Positions 1 to 10,500 of a stretch of 64,000 nt of DNA are shown here, piece after piece. Each line of letters starts with the position of its first letter. Position 1 is the stretch's first letter. A program made the translations under genes and the position numbers. Origin of the DNA: Candidatus Cloacimonadota bacterium (GTDB lineage Bacteria; Cloacimonadota; Cloacimonadia; Cloacimonadales; TCS61); contig JAUXIJ010000001.1 in assembly GCA_030621085.1 (NCBI GenBank), positions 9,809 through 73,808 of the forward strand. Reading direction: 5' to 3'. The notes under the pieces were generated by a model. The model was not told where the DNA came from, ran no database searches, and saw only the letters and a list, made by a program, of their open reading frames with translations.

Positions 1-1
1 A

Positions 2-1954
2 GATCTGAGTGAGGAGGATAAAAAACGTGAAGTTAATAGATCATTGACCTACAATGCCAATATTAATATCAGCCAGGATAAAACTCCCAAAAGTAAGATA
101 CTTGCCTATACTATTAAAAATACAACCCTTTATTCCAGCATAGAAAAAAAGAAAACCCTCTCAGCCACCAGTGCCGATACATCCCTTACCTGGAACTTGA
201 GACACACCTACAAGCTTACCTTCAATAAAGATGATGTTGATATCGGTTTAGGAGGTAATTATAAATTCTTCTTTTTCCCGCAGTCTTTCAATAATAGCAT
301 TACCTATACGGATGCTGACCCCAAACGCTGGTATTGGGAATCTTATACAGATTCCATTCCGCACTGGGTTGTGCGAAGCAATACCACACGAACCCGAACA
401 CTCGACACAGCTACAAATATAAAATATGATATTTTCAGTGATATTTCTTCTTCATACAACCTGACCACAAAACGGGATCTGATGTTGAGAAATTACTGGA
501 AGAAATATAATATTGGAGAAGAAAAAAAACGTATTCAGGATATCGGATTGGAATACAATCCGAAATATCTGGATAATATTTTTGGGTTCGATGTAGATAC
601 AAGTGTGAATTATAATGAAGACCATATTAAAATTGGAACGCAGGATACATTGTATTACAAAGGAAATGTTACACGAAAGATAGGTGGCAGCTTTACCTTG
701 AAAAACCATGACCTTTTACATAGTCTGGCAACCTGGCTAGATAAAAAACTAAGTTTGGAACCACCTAGTACTCAGGAGTTGGAGATGGAAGAAGAAGAGC
801 GGGAAAAATTTGAACAAACTCGTAAAAACATGCTTGAAGATCAAAAGTTTGACGAAGAAGAATTAGGAAGAGAACAGATTGAAGATGAAACAGATTTAGG
901 AGATGATTCTCAGGAAGAATCCCGTGATGAGACCACTCTGAAACCAGCCGAAGGACAAGAACCCGAAACTGTAAAAAAAGAAGATGATATAATTCCCGGA
1001 AAAGACAAGGAAGAGATCGAAGCTCTTAAAAGAAAAAAGAACATACTGGCTTCAATTGCAGGTTATATTAGCAGGATAGAAAATATTACCGTAAATTACG
1101 ATAATACTTATAAAACTACTTATGATGACAGAAAAGAACGACCTGATTTTCTATATCAACTCGGGCTGCCGCATATTCTGAATGAGACCGGTGATAACAA
1201 AGAAATACTATCCAAAAATATTAACGAAAAAATATCTACTTCTGTGGGATTTCCTATTTTGAACAACTTGAGCACGAATTATGGATATTCCATGGAAATA
1301 AAGCGTAGCTTTGGTAACTACAGCAATATGTCTGTTACTACAACTTTTCCCAATATAAGTGTGGTTTTAAGTGAGTTTGAAAAACTGATTAAAAGTGAAA
1401 AAATTCTTACAAGTTCCCGTCTGACCAGCAGCTATGTCTATTCTATTATTGAAGATGGAGACCTGGATTTTACCAGTCCGGATAGAGAGACTATCAGGAC
1501 AAACTTTAATCCGCTGCTTTCCTGGCATGGTAATTGGGTTCATAATATTACCAGCAGTTTGAGTGCTAATTATTCCGATTCAAAAACAATAACCCATTAT
1601 ACCAGTTCAGAGAACCGATCAATAACACAATCGCTGGCTGCACATCTCGAATGGTCTTTTGCGGCAGCTAAAGGATTAAAGATACTTTTCTTTAAAAGAA
1701 CAAAGCTGAAAAATGAACTTACCACACAACTCAATTTTAACCTGGAAAAAACACTCGCTACTATAAAGGGTCGTGAAACATCTGAGGAAACCACTAATAA
1801 GATCAAATATACTATTAGCCCGGGTGCTTCGTATAAATTCAGTAAAAATATTTATGGCGGCTTGACCAGTAATTACGAATGGATTAATGATCGTAAACGT
1901 GAGCAGGAAACAAACACTTTCAGCCTGAGTATCTGGGTCGAAATAATGTTCTAA
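2..1954 (+). CDS. Large outer-membrane beta-barrel protein, C-terminal ~650 aa (5' end lies upstream of the window). A SprA-like T9SS translocon is one possibility.
   Basis: The frame is open from nt 2, with no in-frame stop before the TTG at 44, so the ORF is cut by the window edge. The sequence is S/T/N/Y-rich with an alternating beta-strand-like pattern. It ends ...FSLSIWVEIMF, with the C-terminal Phe typical of BAM-dependent OMPs. The SprA idea rests only on size and on the T9SS cargo genes in the window. Confidence 0.6.
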   Translation, partial: DLSEEDKKREVNRSLTYNANINISQDKTPKSKILAYTIKNTTLYSSIEKKKTLSATSADTSLTWNLRHTYKLTFNKDDVDIGLGGNYKFFFFPQSFNNSITYTDADPKRWYWESYTDSIPHWVVRSNTTRTRTLDTATNIKYDIFSDISSSYNLTTKRDLMLRNYWKKYNIGEEKKRIQDIGLEYNPKYLDNIFGFDVDTSVNYNEDHIKIGTQDTLYYKGNVTRKIGGSFTLKNHDLLHSLATWLDKKLSLEPPSTQELEMEEEEREKFEQTRKNMLEDQKFDEEELGREQIEDETDLGDDSQEESRDETTLKPAEGQEPETVKKEDDIIPGKDKEEIEALKRKKNILASIAGYISRIENITVNYDNTYKTTYDDRKERPDFLYQLGLPHILNETGDNKEILSKNINEKISTSVGFPILNNLSTNYGYSMEIKRSFGNYSNMSVTTTFPNISVVLSEFEKLIKSEKILTSSRLTSSYVYSIIEDGDLDFTSPDRETIRTNFNPLLSWHGNWVHNITSSLSANYSDSKTITHYTSSENRSITQSLAAHLEWSFAAAKGLKILFFKRTKLKNELTTQLNFNLEKTLATIKGRETSEETTNKIKYTISPGASYKFSKNIYGGLTSNYEWINDRKREQETNTFSLSIWVEIMF

Positions 1955-2023
1955 AAAATTATTAATTCTTAATAAATTATATAACATTCTTTTCATATAC
2001 TTAATACTAAATAGCTATTTTAC

Positions 2024-2051
2024 TTGACATTGTTAGAAATCAAAATAAATT
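2024..2051 (+). promoter_or_regulatory. Candidate sigma70-type promoter for the MCE operon
   Basis: TTGACA (2024-2029), a 16-nt spacer, then TAAATT (2046-2051). The AAGGAG RBS at 2064 and the ATG at 2075 follow. Confidence 0.3.
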
Positions 2052-2074
2052 CCGAAAACAATTAAGGAGTTTTT

Positions 2075-2986
2075 ATGGTGAGTAGTGCGCAGAAATTCAG
2101 GTTAGGAATTTTTATTGTTGTGTTTTCTGTTCTGATGATAATCTTTCTGGTTCTGGTGGCAGGCAGCAAGATCATGGAAAAACGTGATGTTTACTATATT
2201 CGTTATGAAAATACTTCAGTTTCCGGTTTGCAGATAGGTGGTCCGGTAAAGTATCGCGGTATTGGCATCGGACGGGTAGACGATATTACAATTGATACTG
2301 AAGATGTAACCAGTATTATTGTAAAGGTAAGTGTAAAATCAGAAACTCCCATCAAAGAGGATATGCGAGCTTCCCTGATTCCCATTGGTATTACCGGTCT
2401 GCTGCAGGTGGAAATAACCGGTGGCAGTACGGAAGCGTCTTTTATGAAAACAAAATCTTTTATCCCGGCTGGTGTTTCCACTTTCGAAAGCATTTCGGGG
2501 AAAGCAGAAATTATAACAAAAAAAATGGAAATTCTTCTACACAATATAGGAGAGATAACAAATAAAGAAAACCAACGGAAGCTGAATAACATTCTCTCAA
2601 ATGTAGATTCTATTATAAGTAAAAATCAACAACCAGTATCAGATATTGTTTCTAATCTGGATAGGGTTACTGTAGAATTGGATGAGATTACCAAAGAATT
2701 GAATGCTATTCTGCAAACAGGAAAAATGCAGAAGGCTATTTCCAATGCAGAAAGAATATCCAGTGATATTGCAGAAGCAGATATCAGTACTCTATTGAAC
2801 GACCTCAATAAAGCAATAAAAAAAATGAATGTAACACTTGCTCATATCGATGCAACTCACTTGGAGAGCAGGCAGGATATTTTAGATACCATCGAAGCTT
2901 TGAAGGAGACCATGGAGTATTTAAATGATTTTTCCCGACAGATAAGTGACGATCCGTCGCTTCTTATCAGGACCAGGAAAAAATAA
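2075..2986 (+). CDS. MCE/MlaD-family protein (N-terminal TM anchor, MCE domain, long helical C-terminal region)
   Basis: An AAGGAG RBS precedes the start. N-terminal TM segment: LGIFIVVFSVLMIIFLVLVAG. MCE-domain signature: SGLQIGGPVKYRGIGIGRVDDI. The gene sits in an operon with MlaE and MlaF homologues. Confidence 0.8.
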   Translation: MVSSAQKFRLGIFIVVFSVLMIIFLVLVAGSKIMEKRDVYYIRYENTSVSGLQIGGPVKYRGIGIGRVDDITIDTEDVTSIIVKVSVKSETPIKEDMRASLIPIGITGLLQVEITGGSTEASFMKTKSFIPAGVSTFESISGKAEIITKKMEILLHNIGEITNKENQRKLNNILSNVDSIISKNQQPVSDIVSNLDRVTVELDEITKELNAILQTGKMQKAISNAERISSDIAEADISTLLNDLNKAIKKMNVTLAHIDATHLESRQDILDTIEALKETMEYLNDFSRQISDDPSLLIRTRKK

Positions 2987-2991
2987 TAGGG

Positions 2992-5133
2992 ATGTGTATT
3001 ATGAGTAAATTTGGAATTCTGTTTTTTGGTATATTATTTATTTTATTATTGGGTTGTTCGGCAGGAGAATTAGTATCTCCTAACTACTATATTCTAGAAT
3101 ATTATCAGCATTCCGAAAAGGAAGAACTGCGTCAGGATACTCCGCTTGACCTTTCGGTTTATGTGTATGACACTAAGATTCCCAAAACCTATAATAAGAA
3201 CCAGATCGTGATCAGGCATTTCGGTCCCCGTATAACCTATTCGGATTATGATCTCTGGGGTGTTAAACTTTCCAAAACTATTCCCGAACTTATCTCTAAA
3301 AGACTGAACAGCTATAATATCTTTAAACGAACTCAAAGAGAAATCCTCACTACTCGGGCCGATTATGAGATCATTACAAATCTTAATAATATTGAACTTT
3401 ACAGATCGGAAACTGTACAACAGGCTCGTTTGAACATAGATTTTATTTTTAGAAAAAGCGAACAGGCAGATATACTTGTCGAGCATTCCGTAAATATAGA
3501 AAAAGTTTTGCTGTCTGATGATGTGGATACTTTTGTACAGACGATAAATAATATGCTTCTAAATGAAACCGATAACTTTATCAGGAAAATAATTATATAT
3601 TCTGCATTGGATGCTGAGGCTGTTCTTCCCCCCATCATAACAAAAGAAGCAGCAGAACCATTGATATTTGAAATTTCTGAAGAAGAAGAAATAAGTGGTG
3701 GAAAAGGATTACTTTTGCTTCCTGCCATAACTCGCACAGATAATGAACCACACTACAAGATAATCGACAAATACGGATATGAACAATCTGGACAAATGGG
3801 AACGGCAATTCCTCTTCTGGAAGGGATCTACAGTATTAAATATGGCTCGGGGAAAGCCAATCAACTGATGGAACAGGATAATATCAAGGTAATACCAAGG
3901 TATAAAACTATCATCGAACCCGATTGGGGATGCCTGATAGTTGATATTATAGATGAAAAACGAAACTTTGCCAAAGTAAGATATGAAGTGTTCGATCTGG
4001 AAGATGGTGAAAGTTTCGGTAGCGAATTTCCGGCTGAAGAAGAGGTGGGAGAGCAGGAAAAGGTATGGGTTTTAAAACCGGGTATTTATAAAGTTACAGT
4101 TAATAATGAACCCTTTAATACTTATCGAGATTTCACAACAATTTATGTGGAAAAAGGTAAAGTACAGAAATTAACGATAGTCATGAAAACCGACGAGGAA
4201 GATAATCCCACAAATATGGCTGGAGCCGGTGTTTTGGAGGAAAGCTTCTTGGAAGCATCACTGGCAAATCTCAAGTTTTCCAGCGCTATTCACTGCAATG
4301 TGAATATTAACAGTAACAACGAAGTAGATAAAGATAATCCGGAAACAACGATCACTATTAACAACCAATTGGAAAACTACCTGATCTACGATAAAGATCC
4401 ACTTCACTACACCATGAAGAACCTGATAGAAGTAGGTATATCTAAAACCACTGATACCGATTTTCGACTAGCCGTAGATGAATTTGACCTGAAAAATACA
4501 TTGATTTATTATTTCATCAAAGATGTCGGCTTTTACAGCCGATTCGATATGCATTCCCATTTCTTTCCTGAAAAATCTTACAATTCAGATAAATTCTATT
4601 ACACAAAGATAAATGAGGATAATATTGCGGCAGATTCTGTTTTTGCAGATGAAATAGAGATAAAATCTTCACTCTTCCCGCTGGTTCTGAAAGAAGGGAT
4701 CGGTATCAACTACAGAATATTGAATTTCTCCAGAGCTAATCTGAGCTTGAGAGCTGGTTTCGGCATCAGGCAGGACATCAATAATGATTTTTATCAACTT
4801 GCAAGTGAAAGTACCTGGTTTGATTCTCAGGAGATTGAGCATAGAACCTATAATGAAATGGAATCTGAAAGTACGACCGGTACAGAAGTCTCCCTGGTAG
4901 GGAGTTTTCAGCTTCCCTTTAACCTGACCTATAGTACGAATGCCGACTTTCTGTTTCCCTTCAGCAAAGATGATGATTATTCCATGGAGTGGGAAAATGT
5001 AATCAATCTGAAACTATTCAAATATATTTCATTGGATTATAAATTGAAACTTGAGAACAAAATTCAGGAAGATGATGAATATATTGTAGAAAAACATAGT
5101 CTTTTCCTGAGAGTAACTTACTTCCTGAGATAA
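2992..5133 (+). CDS. Lipoprotein with an N-terminal PqiC/DUF330-like ABC-transport auxiliary domain, fused to a middle beta-rich domain and a C-terminal putative OM beta-barrel
   Basis: Lipobox LLLGC|SAG. The NYYILEY... start and overall pattern resemble PqiC/YmbA over about 200 aa. The C-terminal ~300 aa has alternating hydrophobic beta-strand periodicity and ends ...LFLRVTYFLR. An alternative start is the ATG at 3001. Confidence 0.6.
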   Translation: MCIMSKFGILFFGILFILLLGCSAGELVSPNYYILEYYQHSEKEELRQDTPLDLSVYVYDTKIPKTYNKNQIVIRHFGPRITYSDYDLWGVKLSKTIPELISKRLNSYNIFKRTQREILTTRADYEIITNLNNIELYRSETVQQARLNIDFIFRKSEQADILVEHSVNIEKVLLSDDVDTFVQTINNMLLNETDNFIRKIIIYSALDAEAVLPPIITKEAAEPLIFEISEEEEISGGKGLLLLPAITRTDNEPHYKIIDKYGYEQSGQMGTAIPLLEGIYSIKYGSGKANQLMEQDNIKVIPRYKTIIEPDWGCLIVDIIDEKRNFAKVRYEVFDLEDGESFGSEFPAEEEVGEQEKVWVLKPGIYKVTVNNEPFNTYRDFTTIYVEKGKVQKLTIVMKTDEEDNPTNMAGAGVLEESFLEASLANLKFSSAIHCNVNINSNNEVDKDNPETTITINNQLENYLIYDKDPLHYTMKNLIEVGISKTTDTDFRLAVDEFDLKNTLIYYFIKDVGFYSRFDMHSHFFPEKSYNSDKFYYTKINEDNIAADSVFADEIEIKSSLFPLVLKEGIGINYRILNFSRANLSLRAGFGIRQDINNDFYQLASESTWFDSQEIEHRTYNEMESESTTGTEVSLVGSFQLPFNLTYSTNADFLFPFSKDDDYSMEWENVINLKLFKYISLDYKLKLENKIQEDDEYIVEKHSLFLRVTYFLR

Positions 5134-5134
5134 G

Positions 5135-6208
5135 ATGAAATACGAAAATCAGATATTGTTCCTGGATGGGAAATTAACCAAATTCACCGTTCCCGATCTT
5201 CTGCATGAGTTGCTTCAGTATAAGGGAAAGAAGATAAATACGATAGATCTTTCAGGAGTAAGTTCCATCGATAGTGCCGGGACGGCATTTCTGGATGAAC
5301 TTGTATTGAATCTGCAGGATTTCAAACCGCAGCTTGTAAATATGAGCAAGATCGTAGAAAGTGCTGTTTCCACCTTTTCTTCACTGTCCATAAAAAAACC
5401 TGTTTCCGGCAGAAAAGAAAATTTCTTTATTTCGATAGGAGAGGGACTATTAAGATGGAGAGATTCAGTCCGGGAGGCAATTTACATGGTCGCAGATATC
5501 TTTTATTGGTCTTTTGTGGGCTTGTTCAATAGAAAGAATCAACGCAAAGGTTCGATCATCCAGCAAAGCCTTATCATTGGTGTGGATGCAGGTGGTATAA
5601 TTGCTCTACTCTCCTTCATACTGGGCTTGATCCTGGCTTTGCAGTCGGCTGCACAATTACGCCAGTTCGGTGCCAATATTTTCGTGGCAGATCTGATAGC
5701 CATTTCCATGGTAACAGAGATGGGTCCTATTTTAACGGCGATTATCCTGGCAGGCAGAAGTGGTTCTTCAATTGCTTCCGAAATTGCTACCATGAAGGTT
5801 ACAGAAGAGATAGATGCTCTTCGAATGATGGCGATAAATCCTATTAGATATGTAGTAGTCCCCAAGTTCCTCGCTATTACTATCTGTATACCGCTGTTGG
5901 TCACCTTGTCTACTCTGGTGGGAATTTTTGGTGGTTTGCTTATTGCTATTACTTATCTCGATCTCAGTGCTGTGGTTTTTTTCGATCGTGTATTCGAGGT
6001 ACTTACGACGAAGGATGTTTTGGTTGGACTTGGAAAAAGTTTTTTCTTTGCCTGGGCGATAGTGATAATTGGCAGCTATTATGGATTTAAAGTGAAAGGT
6101 GGTGCCGAAGGTGTAGGAAAAGTTACTACTCAATCGGTGGTTGCTTCCATTTTCTGGGTAATTATCTTGGATGCCATAAGCAGTTTAATTTTTTATTTTA
6201 AAGTATGA
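5135..6208 (+). CDS. mlaE: MlaE-family ABC permease with an N-terminal STAS (MlaB-like) domain
   Basis: Core MlaE motif: TAIILAGRSGSSIASEIATMKVTEEIDALRMM, plus multiple TM helices. The first ~95 aa (LDGKLT...IDLSGVSSIDSAGTAFLDEL) look like a STAS / anti-sigma-antagonist fold. Confidence 0.85.
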   Translation: MKYENQILFLDGKLTKFTVPDLLHELLQYKGKKINTIDLSGVSSIDSAGTAFLDELVLNLQDFKPQLVNMSKIVESAVSTFSSLSIKKPVSGRKENFFISIGEGLLRWRDSVREAIYMVADIFYWSFVGLFNRKNQRKGSIIQQSLIIGVDAGGIIALLSFILGLILALQSAAQLRQFGANIFVADLIAISMVTEMGPILTAIILAGRSGSSIASEIATMKVTEEIDALRMMAINPIRYVVVPKFLAITICIPLLVTLSTLVGIFGGLLIAITYLDLSAVVFFDRVFEVLTTKDVLVGLGKSFFFAWAIVIIGSYYGFKVKGGAEGVGKVTTQSVVASIFWVIILDAISSLIFYFKV

Positions 6209-6948
6209 AAGAACCAATAATTTCAGTCAGAGATCTGGTTTCAAAATTTGGTGAACAAACCATTCTGCACGATGTCTCTCTGGACATCTATCCCCGGGAA
6301 ATAACTGTTATCCTGGGCAGGAGCGGTTGCGGTAAAACAACACTTGTAAAAAATATCTTACAACTATTTCAACCAAATTCAGGTTCTGTAAAGATTTTTA
6401 ATAAAGAAGTAACCACAATGGACGAATTGGAATTTAATTCAATGCTTAGCAAGATCGGTATGCTTTTCCAAAATGGAGCTTTACTAAATTCGCTCACTAT
6501 TTTCGATAATGTTTCCATTCCCCTGGAGCAGCATACGGAGCTTTCGGTAGATATCATTGCCAGAATGATACGTGTGAAACTGAAGCTGGTTGATCTTACC
6601 CAGGCTGAAAATATGCTACCGGCAGAGCTTTCAGGAGGGATGAAAAAACGCGCCGCACTGGCCAGGGCAATTGCCCTGGATCCTGTTATCCTGATCTGCG
6701 ATGAACCTTCGGCCGGACTCGACCCACTGACAAGTGCCTCGCTTGATGAACTTATTCTAAAATTGAAAAATCTACTTAAAATGACCATTGTAATCGTAAC
6801 ACACGAACTGGCCAGTATTCACAGAATTGCCGACAGGATAATTTTCCTAGATGAGGGAAGAGTGCTTTTCTCGGGGACATTACAAGAAGCCAAAAAAACC
6901 TCTATCCCCGAAGTAGAAACCTTCTTCCGGGTTGGGAAATTTGGATAA
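6205..6948 (+). CDS. mlaF: MlaF-type ABC transporter ATP-binding protein
   Basis: Walker A GRSGCGKTT, ABC signature LSGGMKKRAALARA, Walker B ILICDEP. ATGA start/stop overlap with mlaE. Confidence 0.9.
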   Translation: MKEPIISVRDLVSKFGEQTILHDVSLDIYPREITVILGRSGCGKTTLVKNILQLFQPNSGSVKIFNKEVTTMDELEFNSMLSKIGMLFQNGALLNSLTIFDNVSIPLEQHTELSVDIIARMIRVKLKLVDLTQAENMLPAELSGGMKKRAALARAIALDPVILICDEPSAGLDPLTSASLDELILKLKNLLKMTIVIVTHELASIHRIADRIIFLDEGRVLFSGTLQEAKKTSIPEVETFFRVGKFG

Positions 6949-7415
6949 TGAAGGAACTAAAACCAAAATTCCTGCTCGATGAGAACTTGAACAGATTAGC
7001 CAGGTGGTTGCGCATGCTGGGCTATGATGCAGCCGTCTATGAGAGTGTGAGTATTCACAATAAAGTTCGTCTGGCTAAAAAAGAGAGAAGAATATACCTG
7101 ACCAGAAGCAAAAAAACAGCAAAATTAAAAGAAGAATTTTCACGGTTTTTGATCAGGGCAGATGATCATCAGCACCAATTGGGAGAATTAAGACAATTCC
7201 TAAAGTTTAATGATGATTTTATCTTTACCCGTTGTATTAACTGCAATAGAAAATTAGAGAAAATTTCCAAAGAGAAAATAAAGGAAATTATTCTGCCTAA
7301 TATTTACAAAACATTCAATGAATTCAACATCTGCCGCAAATGCGGTAAGGTCTATTGGAAGGGTTCACATTATGCTTCAATGAAAAGACAACTCAAGAAT
7401 ATGTTGACAATATAA
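6948..7415 (+). CDS. Mut7-C RNase domain protein (PIN-like fold plus C-terminal zinc ribbon)
   Basis: N-terminus KFLLDENLNRLARWLRMLGYDA. C-terminal CINCN...CRKCGKVYWKGSHY. This is the characteristic Mut7-C/DUF82 layout. The start overlaps the mlaF stop (TAATG). Confidence 0.75.
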   Translation: MKELKPKFLLDENLNRLARWLRMLGYDAAVYESVSIHNKVRLAKKERRIYLTRSKKTAKLKEEFSRFLIRADDHQHQLGELRQFLKFNDDFIFTRCINCNRKLEKISKEKIKEIILPNIYKTFNEFNICRKCGKVYWKGSHYASMKRQLKNMLTI

Positions 7416-7505
7416 TTTTATAATCAAAAAAGTTATTAATAAAGAGTAATATCTGTTATTAGTACATAAATAATTGAGAATTGTAGGGATATTGGAGGTT
7501 GGAAA

Positions 7506-10500
7506 TTGAAAAAAACAGTTATTTTATTTATCGGCATTTTTTTCTTATCCTTCTCATGTTTTGCTCAATCTGAAAACGAGAATGTAACCGATCAAACCGG
7601 TGAAGCAGAGGAAATAATCACATTAGAAGCTCCTGCCAATTTTCAAGTTACAGCTCTTGATGATCAATCTGTAACACTTACCTGGAACGACATCTGTAAA
7701 ATTGAAACAGGTTTTATCATTGAACGAAAAGGCGGTGGTGAAAGCTTTAGCAAAATTGCTTCATTGAATATGAACAGCACCTCTTTCAATGATAAAGGGC
7801 TTATCTTTGGTGTGAAATATACATACAGAATCTGCAGTTATGATCATCAGGATAAATCAGATTACTCAAAAAAGGTTTCTGTTAAAACGATCTTTCCTCA
7901 GCCCCTGGATCTTGCTGTGGAAATAATTAACGATCAGTCTGTAAAGCTCACCTGGGTGGAAAACTGTACTTTCGAAGATGGATTCATTGTAGAAAGGAAA
8001 GAAAAGGGAATTGAATTCCAGAAAATTGGGAAAACAGAAAAAGATGAAATTGAATTTACAGACGAAGGCTTGCTGTATAGAAATAAATATACTTACCGCA
8101 TTTGTGGTTTTACGGCTTTAAATAAATCGGAATATTCAGAAAAAATAATAGTGGAAACAATCTTTCCCATACCTGCCAATTTTAAAGTGCGTGCTCTCGA
8201 TGATCAATCTGTGAGAATTTCATGGGAAGATAGATGTGATTTTGAGAAGGGTTTTATCGTCGAAAGAAAAGTTAAAAAAGAAGACTTTTCTAAAATTGCA
8301 GAATTAACCGAAAATACTACTTATTACGATGATAAAGGTCTTACGGATGGTAAGGATTATTACTATAGAATTAAAGCATTTTCCCAATTAAATGAATCTG
8401 ACTACTCCAACGAAATATCCGTTAGCACTTCCTTCCCTGCTCCACAGAATCTTTATGTGGATATTCTGAATGATCATTCCTGCAAACTTTATTGGGAAGA
8501 TAAAAGTTCCTTCGTGAGCGGATTCATTGTGGAACGAAAGGAAAACGAAGGAAAATTTGAACAGATCGCTGAACTTGGAGGAGTAACTAAAAATTATATT
8601 GATAAAACGATGGTTTTGGGAAGTTACTACTCATACAGGATCAAAGCACTTTCCAGAAAAAATACTTCCGACTATTCCAACGAGATCAGTACAAAGACAG
8701 ATTTTCCGGGTCCGGCAAACCTCTATTCCGAGACAATAAACGATCAATCCCTTCGACTATACTGGGAAGATAATAGCACTTTTGAAGAAGGCTTCAAACT
8801 GGAAAGAAAGGATGAAGACAGCGATTATGTAGAAATTGCTCTTCTGGAACCCAATACAACCACTTTCATTGATGAAAACCTAAATTACGGGAAAACCTAC
8901 ATTTACCGCATTGCTGCTTATACCATTACTTCAACTACCGGTTATTCCAATGAACATTCGGCAAAGACCATCTTTCCAAAACCATCTTATCTCTCTGCAC
9001 AGGTCTTGGATGACCAATCGATAAAGCTTTCCTGGCTGGATAACTGCACCTTCGACGAAGGCTTTAAATTAGAACGTAAAGAAGACAGTGGCGAATTTCA
9101 TTCCATTGCTTCTCTTGATGCTGAAACCACCTCTTATCTTGATGAAACCCTGCATTACGGAACCAATTATATATATCGGGTTTTTGCAGTAACTGAACTT
9201 AATAATTCAGATTATTCAAATATAGTTGAAGTAAAGACCTTCTTTCCCGAACCTACCTATCTCTCTTCGGAAGTTATCGATGACCAGACGATTTCTCTTT
9301 ACTGGGAAGATAATTGCAATTTCGAGGCAGGATTTCGTTTAGAACGAAAAATGGAAGGTAAAGCATTCTCCGAAATTGCTGTATTTGGAGAAGACTTCAC
9401 TACCCATATCGATAAAGATCTTAGTTTTGGTAAAACTTATTATTACCGGGTATTAGCATTTACATCTTTTAATGAATCCGATTATTCAAATGTAGAATAT
9501 GCTTCTACTATCTTTGCCAAACCAACCAATCTTACAGCTAAAATTATCGGAGCCGGAGAGATTGACCTCACTTGGTCTGATAACTGCTATTTTGAAAATG
9601 GCTATTCTATAGAGCGCAGTGTAGGTGGTTCGGACTTTAAAGAAATTGGGAGAACTTCTTCAAATATAAATGAATTCAAAGATTTGAATTTAGCTTTCGG
9701 TGCCGATTACACCTACTGCGTAAGGGCTTTTACGGAATTAAATTATTCAGATTATTCAAAAACTGTAACCCGTTCTCTCGGTATTTCTGCACCAGCCAAT
9801 TTAAAAACACATATAATTGGTGATAGACGGGTCAAATTAACTTGGACAGATAATACCAGTATAGAAGATGGCTTCAAAATTGAACGGCGGACAAGCGATC
9901 AAGAGTTCGAAATCTATGCCCAAGTTCCTGCTAATGTTAGTTCATATTTGGATACTGATGCAGAGATCCACGTAAATTACTATTACAGGATATTCAGTTA
10001 TTCCAAAGGGAATAAATCACATTATTCCAACGAAGTACATGCAATTTGCCATTATGGAGAGCTACGGGTACCAGAAGAGTATTCCTCTATACAATCTGCC
10101 ATAGATGCTTCTACCAGTGGTGATATGGTACTTGTTCAACCCGGTACTTACAAAGAAAATCTGAATTTTAACGGGAAGAACATTACTGTGGGATCTTTGT
10201 ATTTAACTACAGACAATGCCAGATATATAGATGATACAATTTTGGATGGCAATAAAGCCAATAGTGTTGTCATTTTTGAAAATGAAGAAAAGGAAAACAC
10301 CCGGCTTATCGGCTTCACAATTATTAACGGAAGCGGTAATGCTTTGCGAGGTGGCGGTATCTTTATTTATAATTCCAACCCCACCTTGAAAAATCTTGTT
10401 ATCACCGGTAATACTGCTGATGAATTCGGCGGGGGTATTTATCTTTATAATTCAAATCCGGTAATTGAAGATCTAACGATCTCTTCCAATACATCGCTGG

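Noticed and set aside
7629-10058. Regular 270-bp periodicity that could suggest a CRISPR or satellite array.
   Set aside because: The period lies entirely within one long ORF, the repeats are diverged at the DNA level, and they encode FN3-like modules. No short identical repeats with unique spacers are present.
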